This document shows, piece after piece, positions 1 through 13,500 of a stretch of 64,000 nt of DNA (positions are counted from its first letter, which is position 1; each line of letters starts with the position of its first letter). The stretch is from Bugula neritina. Taxonomy: Eukaryota; Animalia; Bryozoa. The position numbers and the translations under genes were made by a program. Below the pieces are notes generated by a model. It was not told where the DNA came from, did no database searches, and saw only the letters and a program-made list of their open reading frames with translations. The stretch is taken from NCBI GenBank assembly GCA_964035545.1, contig OZ037766.1, positions 32,726,773 through 32,790,772 on the forward strand. Direction: 5' to 3'.

Positions 1-192
1 ACATCTTTGATCTTGTTGGTATAGTAGTTTACATTCATACAGCCAGTAGTTGGACAAACAGACAGACAATTTAGCAACTTGGGAGAAAGATCAGTTTATG
101 AGTGCTTTTCCAAGTTTCAATCTGCATGAGTAAAACTTAAGTAATGATGACGAGGGAGGTTTTATCATGACTAGTTCAGTGCTGCTTTTATC
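1..192 (-). pseudogene. Degenerate orphan PAN/Apple exon copy (runs off window edge)
   Basis: Minus strand reads LLNCLSVCPTTGCMNVNY, matching [18 protein letters not shown] of the PAN exons at 1166-1398 and 10532-10770. It has a 2-nt insertion (plus gtatagtag vs gtggtag) that shifts the frame, and an upstream in-frame stop. No pentraxin exons lie between it and the gene ending at 1166. Confidence 0.65.
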
Positions 193-1165
193 TAGATTAC
201 ATTGGTTTCTGCTTAATAATTGATGCCAGAGACGGTAACAGAATTCATGACTTTTTACTAGCTACTCTTATTGCAGATGTACACCAACCACCATTTTTCA
301 ATCCACTTCAATGCAACAGCAATTGCTTAATGCAGCAAAAACAGAAAGATATGACATGTTTTCTATTATATATATGTGAAGCATAACATACCATTTGAAG
401 CATTGGTGTGTTATGTAATTCAATAAGGTGAAACCGAAAATGGTTTATGACAAAAGCTATTGGGACAAAAATAAATTTATTTCAACTAGACCAAACCAAT
501 ATTGCAGAAAGAGTATTTGCTTTTTACACAAATAGAAACCACTTTGAGCCACAAAGTGATAAGAGCTAGAGTAACTCCAAATTCTTTAATTGCACAGTAT
601 GACTCTTAAAGGATATAGAAAGTACAATTTATCTAATTTATAATATTAAATATTTAAAAAACTTATTAATAATTATATTAACACAACCTTAAACATAAAG
701 TATAAGCACAATTCAATGTAACTCATCATTTTTGTAGTTCATATTGCTTTTAAAAATTAAAACCATGATTTCAATTAAATTGATGTAAAACACTGACTCA
801 TCTAAAAAATTCAATTCAAAGAAACTGCAAATTATTAAAATTACTTTTTTTGTGAAAATACAATTCCTACAGATAAACAATGTTTTTATTATTACCAATA
901 ATAAGTCAAATACTATACACAGCAACTTCACAGCAGTTTTCTAAGTAACAGTAAAGAATATAAGTATTTAACAAGGCGACAAAACTCTCAATCAAAAGCA
1001 AAATTGTCCATGCAGGTAGGTTTTTCCTAACATTGATTATATAAACTGACCAGTTTTTAATTATATTTTAGATAAACAACTTTATCACTATGATGATTAC
1101 TTTAGTGAAAATACAACATCTATAATAACTAAGCTGAAGTGGAATTTGCAGCGTGACAATGACAG

Positions 1166-4100
1166 TCAAACTAGTCTATAGTATGTAACACCCTTAGCAG
1201 CTTCCAAAGAGATTGAGCAGTACCCAGGTCCAGTCTCACATCTCTCATCTTGTTGGTGGTAGTTTACATTCACACAGCCAGTAGATATACAAACAGACAG
1301 ACAACTTAGCAAGGAAGGATGACTCAGAGGTTGAACAGATAATCTAGGCATCTGGAATCCTGGATGGATCTCAAACTTCTGCCAGATGTTTGTCAGATCT
1401 ACAATCACGATTGAAAAAATATCAGTTTATAAAGTCAGTATGTCTAAGAAAAACATACAACTGTGAATTTTTTTTCAGCAATAATGTAAATTGACCTTTG
1501 ACAACCACAATGCAACAACTAAACATAAATGTGACATGATGCCAGTGGCAGCTAGATTATAACGATACTAATTGTATGAAAAAGGAGTTACACTACTTTA
1601 GGCATGAAAGTGAGAAATAAGCTCTCTTTTTACAACACGGTATTTTAAATTACTCATTTTACTGCATCCAATTACATGTGCTACATCAATGTTTTAAATG
1701 CATTTTCTTTTATAAAAGCAAGTCTGTGAAATTGCTACAATACACCAACTAAATAGAAAATTGACATTTTATTAGACATCAGTATAACAGGTTATATTAT
1801 AGTAAGCAATACTTGTACAAGAATTCTTTAAGCATGAAAGCGAAAAACCAGCTCTATCCACAGCTAAAAGTCTGCAGCTATAACTTTATATATGTGTGTG
1901 TCAGTGTGTGTGTCAGTGTGTGCGTGCGTGCGTGTGTGCGTGTGTGCGTGTGCGCGTGTGCGTGTGTGCGCGTGTGCGCGCGTGTGTGTGTGTGTGCGTG
2001 TGTGCGTGTGCGCGTGTGCGTGTGTGTGTGTGTTACATATCTTGTATTTTCCCTGCACACCCTTTTATGTGTGTTACACTAAAAACTATAGCTCTATTTA
2101 AATGCATTCTAATTTTTATTTCTAAAATGAGTTCAGTGCAGATTTGTAGAAAATATAAAAGTTAGTGAAAATTCTTCGGTCAATCCCAGCCAGCTAGGTA
2201 GACAAAAATTCAAACTTGTAATTTAGTCAAGAGAGATTTTTAAAAGTTAGATACTCATTTATTACCACTCTATTGATATTTCCTATATAAATTTTACTCT
2301 GGGACCACGTTTCCTATTTTGGCTTATAATTTAACATGTGCTCTTAAAAATAGTTGAAATTAAAGTAAAAAGCAAACAAGAAAGGATCAAGTTTAGCAAA
2401 TATAATATAATATTATATTCAGTAATTCACCTGGGCTCCTTGCTTCATTCAAAACAGGGTTCATTTCTGAAGTTATCTTCCCATGAATAGCCAGAGCACC
2501 TGGCTTCATTGTGAACGCATCACCTTCTTGTTTACAGTCAGCAAAATCTACCAGTTGGTCTTCTTGATAAACTGAGCTCCAGATGTTCAGACAGGAAATA
2601 GAACCAACAGCTACTTGCTTTGAATTAAATCCTCCTGCATGTAAATAGAATAAAGATTATAAATTTTTTAAAAAGAACAAAAAAAACAAACAAAAATTTG
2701 ATGCTCTAACTATTTTGACTTTAAGGTTTGCAATGACCTTTGTGCATCAAGCAGGTAACAAATGAAATGCTCGTATAGTTGAAGAATAGAGTATTATATT
2801 GTGAAACCTTGTTTTTTGCAGTAGCTATATGTATTTTGATTCATCAAAAATGGATTGCAAATGTTACTATAAAGTGTTTTAGTTTTAAGTAAGTGCAGTG
2901 TTTTTAATAATAATGACTGCATGGCAATATAATCATGTTGCCAGTTTTTCTCATAAAGCATCTGTAACAATAAACATGTTGAAATACAAACATACCAAAC
3001 CATTCATCTTGATCACTGAACAGTACAAGTCCAACAGCATAGCATTCTTGAAAATCTAACGGCTTCTCAATAACATTGCTGAATATTTTAATCCAGACCA
3101 AATTACGGGTATCTTCACCAATACTCAACTACAAAATTACTTCTTTTATAGCAGAATAAAGTATAGTTATTATAGGCATTATCTTAGTCACTCATTTGCT
3201 GTATCTTGTTATTATATCTATAAATCAAATAGAATAATTGCATGGTCACTAGCTTTTGCTAACTTCACGTCATTACTGTAACATTTTGTGACCTTATAGC
3301 TGATTCAACTCATGCAAGTTTATATATAGTCACTATCCCTGTGAGAAAGCCTCTGAGAGAAAGGGTTTTTGTTAAATCGGGCTAAGGACTTATTAAGATG
3401 AGGCACAGGAGCAATTATGACAGGATGCTCTTCCTAACATCACTAATGGCCTTTGTCTGGGCTCGAACCCATGACCTTCGTGCTTAATGGGCAACCGCTC
3501 TAACCCCTAGAACAAGGCTGCTCCATACCCTAACTGATTCAAGTATTTCTGTTTTATTTCCAATTCATGATTTTGTCAAGGCGTTGCTATATAATTATAT
3601 ATATAAATAATTTTTTTCTAAATACATTGGAACAATGTAAATAATACGCGATTTAAAAGTAAGTAAGTTTTTTCCCTTGGTATAAGATATAGTATTAATA
3701 TATAGGCGTAATACATGACTTACCGTGTACTGGTAGTCTGTCAGAGTTTCCTCAGCTAACACACAGTAGAAGTACCACTTACTCAGTTCTGTCTCAAAAT
3801 AACGGACAGATATTCGTTTGTCTCTGATCACAAAGGTTATTATAGTGCTCGTTAATTTCCAAGATATCCAGTTAGGATGTGCTAAAGTTCACACAATAAT
3901 ATAAAATAGCTTTAGTTTCATTTACCACAAACTGCTCAATTGTTTATATTTTGTTTTTGTACACAAGCTGTGTTATTTCAAAACAGATTTTACAATAAAA
4001 TAGTGGATAATTTTTTTTAAATACACAAAATGAATTTTTCAAAATGCATGGGTATGCTGTTTAATTATAATTTCAATGCTGAATTCGCAATTACTGAATA

Positions 4101-4389
4101 TCAGAAGTCTTTATCTTTATAATATTATTTTGTTATTAGAGTATATATATAGATAAATATTATAATTTGCTACTTCTCACACCTGACGTAGCCATGCTAA
4201 GGATTACACTTTTTCTTGTTTCATGCCAACTATCTATCTTAACCCAGAAACAGATGGTAAAGTTGATACCAGGCATAGTGACATTGGCTCCAGCCCAGTT
4301 GGTGACATCACGGACTTTATTAGTTAGAATGTAGCTACCTGGCATTTCTTCATTGTCTGCTACAAAAATGAATTATACCAAAATTACCT

Positions 4390-4462
<73 letters not shown>

Positions 4463-7400
4463 ATATATAAACAAATGCATGGACTATAAAGAACAATAAT
4501 GTCAACTATAATAAACATTTGTCAATACATATTTCTTGTTACTCTAAGTTGAATTATCTATGCACTTTTAATAAAGAATAAGTGAAAAGCGTAAAATCAA
4601 TTACAGCCTTTTTATGTTTCTATAATCAAAATCTTTTGCAATTTTTTGTTGAATAACTTTTAAGAAAAATGTTCAAACGTGAGATAATTATTCTGATGCT
4701 GTTATGCGACCATTGCACTGGCGCTACATCCTTTCACGTATGTATGAGCAAAAATTTGTAATTCCATTTCACTCAACAAAGTGATTACATTTCAGCCAAC
4801 AAAGTGATTACATTTCAGTCAACAAAGTGATATTACATTTCGGTTATTAAACTTATTCAAATCACTGAAAGAAGATTGTTTGTTTGATCCCACATCTTTG
4901 GCAACTATTCACAGTTATTATTGTGTCTGCTTGAACAATTCTCCAGCTTTAAAACTTTACACTTACTCTTTGATAATTCCCACCTAAACTTTTACTTCTT
5001 ATAAAATAATGCTTATTTGTGGCACATATATAGAAAGAGTATAAAATAAACTGCAACTATAACAGGCAGCATGGAGCTACAGGATGAGATTGGCTTGCTG
5101 TGTGTGTATATACTAACACGTAGACAAAACTCTAGCAAGCCAGCTGTAGGCTATGCAAAAGGTATTAACCTTTGTCACTACCTTCAACTATATATAATTA
5201 CTTGTGCATTTCCAGACAGGAGGCTTACTGAAATGAGACCATCTATTTTTGAGATAACCATAGCTTTCAGTATTTTCCTTGCCTTAATGTTTCTATTTTA
5301 TTACTTGCTCAATTGTTACTGTTAGTTTATTAGTATCTTTGTTTAATATAAATTTCTGAGTTATACAATTTCAGATTTATACATATTTTATCTACTAATA
5401 TAAATTTCTACCTGGATGGGCAGTTATATTGGTAAAGCTTAGCTCTGTGGTAGAAGCTGTGGTAAGATTGGTGTTCACAAACTCTTCAGCTATGGATCCA
5501 TGGATCTCTAAACTTCCACGTGTCATGGAGAAAACACCACCATTAGCTGTACAGTTTGCAGAAGTAACCAACTCGGTTGGCTGGAATACAGAGCTCCAGA
5601 TGTTGAGACAGGAGATGGCTGCAACTGCTACCAACCCTTGGTCTAAGTCTCCTGATATGAGAAATGCAATTAATTAAGCATGTAAAACAAATATTTGTAT
5701 ACGAAAACTTTTACATTTTACTTAAGTTATCTGTTATACCATAAACATAATATTATATAAGATAATATTACATGAACTGTTTATATATCATATATTATTA
5801 TATAAGATATTACATAAACTGTTTATATCATACATATTATATAAGATATTACATAAACTGTTTATATCATATATTATTATATAAGATATTACATAAACTG
5901 TTTATATATCATATATTATTATATAAGATATTACATAAACTGTTTATATCTCATATACTATTACATAAGATATTACATAAACTGTTTATATCATACATAT
6001 TATATAAGATATTACATACTGCTTATATATCATATATTATTATATTAGATATTACATAAACTGTCTATATCATATTTTATTATCTAAGATATTACATAAA
6101 CTGTTTATATTATATCTTATTATATATAAGATATTACATAAACTGTTTATATCATATATTATTATATATGATATTACATAAACTGTTCATTAGTTTGTTA
6201 TTTGTTTATTATTTATTATTCATTGTCAATCCTGACAGGTGCTTGACTCTCTATATTTTATTATACATGAATTCTAGTATGTATGTATTGTGACATAAAG
6301 TTGATATAATATTGTTATAGTGACAATATAATGCTAATTATTTCATTAAAATAATGGCTCTCAACTTTATATAACTACAAAAAAGTTAATATTTGTAGTC
6401 ACTCACCAAAAATATCGTCTTGGAAACTGAACAACGCAAGTTTAGCTGAATTGAATTTTCTACTTGATTGAATGGCTTCTATGCTTCTTTCAAAGCTTTG
6501 TGACAGGACTAAATCAGGCCACTCCTCGCCAATGTCCACCTTTAAATGTGAAAATGGTAGTTTTTACAAATAATATGGTAAATCCTTTTAAAATAAATAG
6601 CACCTGCAAAACAAAATGTTGTTTTCTCATTCGAAATAGAAAATCAAATAACAAGAAAGTTACCAAAGCTTAGCATATTGAAAATTGTGTAAAGCCAATG
6701 AAAATTTAACGTTAGAATGCTGAATTGTCCCATCATAATATTATATTGGCAGATGTTACATGAGAAAGATGCAAAAAATATATAAGTTATTTATATTCAA
6801 ACTTTCTCCATGAAAGCTTTTGATCATATTCTTCTAATGGCAACATTTTAGTCATTATGATGTGAAAACTTTTATATTAAATTATTATTACCTTAAAAGA
6901 AGTATCAATTACTCCGTGGCCCATAACTTCCTTTACTATTCGTAAGCAGTAGTAATACCAGACAGATAGAGATATAGCAGGTCTAACATAGAATGCAAAA
7001 TATATCCCATCGAAACCAATTCCTATGCCACTTTCTGCAAACTGGAGTACTAGCCAATCAGCATCACCTAAATAAATCAAAAGTTGAACAGCTGTATCAG
7101 TTACATGAATGGGTATAGTTTTATCAACTGAGAATATAAATGTGCATTATCTCACCTATAAACTGCAAACGAGGCAAGCATGGTTCTGATATTTTTAAAC
7201 CTTTGACTTTAGCAGCTGTTCTATTGCTTATATTCACTTATATACATGCAATTTTTCTGTACTTGCATATATGCATTCTGCATTTGTATAAGTATAGCAG
7301 TGGTTGAAACTGTTGTATATAAAGATTGCATAAAGCTTTTAGAACGTTTTATCAAATATTGCAAATTGTATATAAACTATATAATAATAGACAGAGTTAC

Positions 7401-8026
7401 CTTCAGTAGCGATACTAAGTAAAGTACTTCTTCCTGTAACATAATCCCACATGTCCATCCTCGCCCAGAAACAAATGGTGAAGTTACCGTCAGGCATGAG
7501 AATTTCCGTTCCAGCCCAATTATTCACATCATGAGCACTGTTAGTCAGGGTGTATTTACCAGGCATTATATCACTACCTGAAAACATACTATAGCCTGTT
7601 AAAAGGATCATTCTATTTAACTGTAGTTGAAATAACATCAAAATATTATACAATATATATTACGTAAAATATTATAATGCATATCTTGCTATATCTCTGT
7701 AAAAAGGGAAGCTCAAATACCTTTTTTAAGCAAGTAACAATAAATAAGTATAAAGTTATTTGAAGCTAGCATGTGCTGCACAACAATTTAAAACACGCAA
7801 CTTTCTTTTGAATAAACTGTTTCCCATAAAATTTATTAGTAACAAGTTATACACGCATTGGATATATGATACTATGCAATATAATATGTTGCAATATGAT
7901 ATGATGCAATATGATACAATACTATATGATATGATACTATATGATACGATACTATATGATAATAAACTTACCTGTTGTACTTAGAATGATTTGACCTAAA
8001 GCAGCTGTTATTATCAACCACCCCAT
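1166..8026 (-). CDS. Secreted double-pentraxin + PAN/Apple domain protein (gene B), 10 exons, ~561 aa
   Basis: Phase-consistent GT-AG exons: 8026-7972 (signal peptide [19 protein letters not shown]), 7577-7401, 7067-6892, 6539-6407, 5651-5412, 4359-4183, 3881-3724, 3128-2996, 2634-2431, 1398-1166. Pentraxin motifs FTICFW, WYFYC and [30 protein letters not shown] (cf. pentraxin LILGQEQD..GGF...Q.F.G......NIW). Last exon has the PAN pattern SLLSCLSVC...CVNVNY....RC. Confidence 0.85.
1891..2032. repeat. (GT)n/(GC)n microsatellite, intronic
   Basis: Direct inspection. Confidence 0.95.
3400..3524 (-). mobile_element. tRNA-derived SINE-like element in intron
   Basis: Minus strand has a tRNA-like head with A-box-like GTTCTAGGGGTTAGAGCG and B-box GGGTTCGAGCCC (plus 3459-3470), followed by a body GGCCATTAGTGATGTTAGGAAGAGCATCC. 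A related partial copy lies at 36210-36270. Confidence 0.7.
4392..4468. repeat. (AT)n microsatellite
   Basis: Direct inspection. Confidence 0.95.
5750..6185. repeat. ~40-43 bp intronic minisatellite (tataagatattacataaactgtttatatcatatattat)
   Basis: About 10 tandem copies visible. Confidence 0.9.
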
Positions 8027-8296
8027 TCTCACATCTACCTCTAACAAATGCTCAGTAACCAATAACCTACTGTGAAGAAAACATGAAACATACAAGTTTA
8101 TTGATTTTGAAACATAAAAGTTTGCCTTGTAGTTACATATAACATCTGATTACAAGTGTGTTTGATTTCTATTTGTGATTGAAAATAATGCAGCCAATGA
8201 GCAGCTTTCTTACAAATAATTGACCACTTTCAAGCAGCAGCTTCAAGTGATTATGTTAGATGTTTGTTAAAGTATTATTGTAAGTTGCTAATATAA

Positions 8297-9597
<1,301 letters not shown>

Positions 9598-10531
9598 TGA
9601 TTCACCGTCATTATTTAGTTACTTTTTAATTAGTTGACTTTTAAATAAATTATGGTTTAGTTTTTAGTAACAACATTTATTTGACTATATATATCTTGAC
9701 ATTTCACATCTAGAATGTTTCTAAACAAAACAAGATTTTTTCTAGATTTTGGCTTTAGACTTTTTTAAAATATATATTGTTTTGGGTGACATGCAATTAT
9801 TTTTAAGCTGAGATATAAGCAAAAAAGAAATGTTCTTTTCACAATAAACATTGAACATAAAATTTAACAGAAAAATGGGATTATTTATTGAAAACTAATA
9901 TAATGATTAATTATAGAGTGGAGATTCAGCTGTTAAACTTTAATTTCTGCAATAATTTTTGGTTTTACTGATAATTGTACAGCTTCAGTAAATAGCAAAT
10001 ACATGAAGGTGGCTGTGAATAAACTATTAAAAAATGTTAAATAAGCGCAGGTAAAAACTGTATGCATGATATTGTAATACCATGTAGAATAATTACTTGC
10101 AATAAACACTGTAGCTATTAAAAACCAAGTACAGCGGTAAGCAGTGGTTTTTAACTTGAAGAGAAGACACTATCTAACATCATTGTCAACAGCTCCATGA
10201 AAATATGTCAATAGCTATAGGTTGGAGAAATAGACATCATTTTCCACATACATGTTATTGGTGATATTAAAAGAGGCTGTTAATCACTCAAACTTGGTTA
10301 GTAAAAATAGGTACTAGTTTAGAAGCAAAGACAACCGCAAGTTAAAAGTTTACTGAATTGAACAAATTTGCAAAGTTATACAAAAGTATACCACATTATA
10401 CAAGGGTTATAGCCTGCATTCAGTAAGTAACTCTACTTATGCATTCTAGAAGATTATAGGTATAAGACTATGACTCGCTTCTGGAAGTTACAGCGAAAAG
10501 CTAAAACTCTGATAAAATGATCTTTCACTTT

Positions 10532-13500
10532 TTATTTCAAATTGAGTCTATAATGCATAACCCCTCTAGCAGCTTCAAAAGAGCTTGAGCTATACCCAGG
10601 TCCAATCTCACATCTCTGATCTTGTTGGTGGTAGTTTACATTCACACAACCAGTAGTTATACAAACAGACAGACAACTTAGCAAGGAAGGATAACTCAGA
10701 GGTTGAACAGATAATCCGTGCATCTGGAATCCTGGATGGATCTCAAACTTTTGCCAGATGTCTCTTGTATCTATAAATAACATAAATCAAAAAGATGGTT
10801 ATTTTAAAAATATGTTAGTCTAGGAAAACATAATATATAGTTGTGTGGTTTTGTGTTGAAAATAAAAGGAATGGATTAGTGATAGTCGCAAAACAACAAC
10901 CATCATAATTCAAACAGTTCAAAGGTCACCATTTTACAGAAGGTTATGCACAAAATAAGTAATGGAATATATACATGATTGTCACAGTACATCAAATAAA
11001 AACAAAAATCTGCTCAGCATTGAAGCCAGTAAAACAAAACTTGTAGCAGACATATACTTAACTCATTTAAATTTTAGAAGTTGAACACTGATTATGTTTT
11101 CATTGCTGATTTGCTTATAAAACTTTTATTTTCAACTCAACAAATATTTTGTTTATGCTAGTAAATAGAGCTTTGTTTTGTATTTTCTCTTGTTTTAAGT
11201 GGGGGAAGCTGGCGCACCTTTCATTCCTTTCAATCTGCTTTTAACATCTTTTAGAACAGAATTTTCAAGATGCTGTCCAGGCAGTCTCTTTCTAGCTATT
11301 GTACTTTTTTGAAAATAAAAACTAATTAAAAACAAAAAAGCAAGTGCAGCAAGTATATTATAATACTGCATCAGTGATTCACCTGATTTCCTTGCTTCAT
11401 TCAAAACAGGTTTTATCTCTGAAGTTATCGTCCCATGAATAGTCAAAGCACCTGGTTTCATTGTGAACACATCACCTTCTTGTTTACAGCCAGCAAAATC
11501 TACCAGTTGGTCTTCTTGATAGACTGAGCTCCAGATGTTCAGACAGGAAATAGATCCAACAGCTACTTGTTCTGCATTAAATCCTCCTGTAAACAGAAAA
11601 TATATAGCTTTGAATTTCATGCAGTCATATAGGTGTCAACTATTTACAGAAATAATTTCCCAATTGTCTTCTAACTTTAATCTCTGGAATTTACTTGGAG
11701 GAAAACCAAATGAATAAACAATAATCAAGTAAAGCACATATTACGTGTTGAAAGTGTGTATAGCGTTTATTGTTAATGGCCACCAGCAATTCTTATACAA
11801 CTGATCTCCAATTAAATAGTAACTATTATATTAAGGGTTTGTCAAAGTGATTACTCATAGCAGCAGATTTTAGAGTTATACTCTTTTTGTTTGCCGGAAT
11901 TCACAACTTGAAGATGTTGGCATAAAACTATATTTTCACTTGATTTCAGCAAGAAATGTTGCAGGCCTGATGCTAGTCGAATTTTTTTTCTTGTTATGTA
12001 CCTGAGTATTTTAACTATTTAAATATTTTGCAAAACTTCCAGCAGATTATAACATTGTTTCTTTAAACATCTGTAAAAAGATGTGTTGAATACAAACATA
12101 CCAAACAACTCATCTTGATCACTGAACAGTACAAGTCCCACAGCATAGCCTCGTTGGGAATCTAATGGTTTCTTAATAACTTTGCTAGATGTAAACTATC
12201 ATCCCTGGTTTGTAAACAGGCACAATGTGGTCTTCAGTCTCTACTGATGTTTTATTGGTAAAACTGTCGTGAAAACTACAATTAATGAAATTGTGAATAT
12301 GCTATAATGAATGATAATATGTGATAAAACTTTTATCAGTGATAATTTGACACTAACTAATAAGCTTCAAGTAAAGAACAAGTCTTGCTATAAAAATCAG
12401 TATACACCATCTAAATTATTAAAATTGATATTAAAAAAGATAATATAAATGCCATAAATGATTGTCAAAAATACTACAATAACAATAATTACCTTGTTAG
12501 ACCATCCAGGAATGGAGCTTATAACTTTGATGTTAATGTAGTAGATATTTATTCTCTACTTTGACAATATTGATTTAAATGCAACAAAATATTTAATATA
12601 ACATAAGTGAAAAGTTACTCAGCAGTCTATGCTACATGTTAGCTGACTGAAAGTGTAGCATAGAATGAGAGCTGAGAGTAAAATATACTTCAATGGATGA
12701 ATCATTTCAGGAAGCTGATGGTGTAAAAAACTATTTATATAACTTAGTCATAGTGAAATCATACACATGAGGAAATCTTGTTGACTTTCGTGTGCAAATT
12801 TGTCATAGCTATAAAAGCAAAACAGCTACATATACATGACTAATGTAATGGTTTTCTAATTATGGGCACGTTGGTTAACTTTGTTTGTTTTGATGAGAGC
12901 AAGAAATTTCACTGGCATTCCAATTAATTACACTCCCACCTGAAATTTCTAAAAGTGACTTGTAATTTTGAATGTATGTTTAGCTCGATCGGACTAGTAC
13001 AACTAATTTTGATATTGGTCGAATTAAATAGACTCTTTTATTGGAGTCTTTGGGGTATGTTTTACTACCAACAAGCACCTTAACTGATCTAACAACGCTG
13101 TCATGAGACAGGTTGCATTCTACGACACGTGCTAAAGGCCACTGATTTCTTACTGTATTGTCATCACACAGTAGAACGATATCCCCCACCTTGATCTCTG
13201 GTACTTTATTTACCCATTTTTGCCGCGACTGTAAATAAAGCAAGTATTGCTTGCGCCAGCGTGTCCAAAATTCATTTGCCAACTGCTGGACCACTCTCCA
13301 ACGCTTCCTCGCATATATGTCTGCCTCCTCAAATGTGCTTGGAGGTGGTAGAACAACGTCAGACTTCATAGTCAACAACATGTTTGGGGTGATTGGAAGC
13401 ATGTCATCAGTTGTTGAGGTTAATGGGCGACAGTTTATGATGGCCATCACTTCATAAAACAAAGTTCGTAGCAAAGAGGTAGAGAGCCTCCCACCATGTC

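Noticed and set aside
3430-3524. Possible tRNA gene
   Set aside because: A/B boxes are present but there is no complete acceptor stem or T-run terminator, and the body recurs at 36210; better explained as a SINE.
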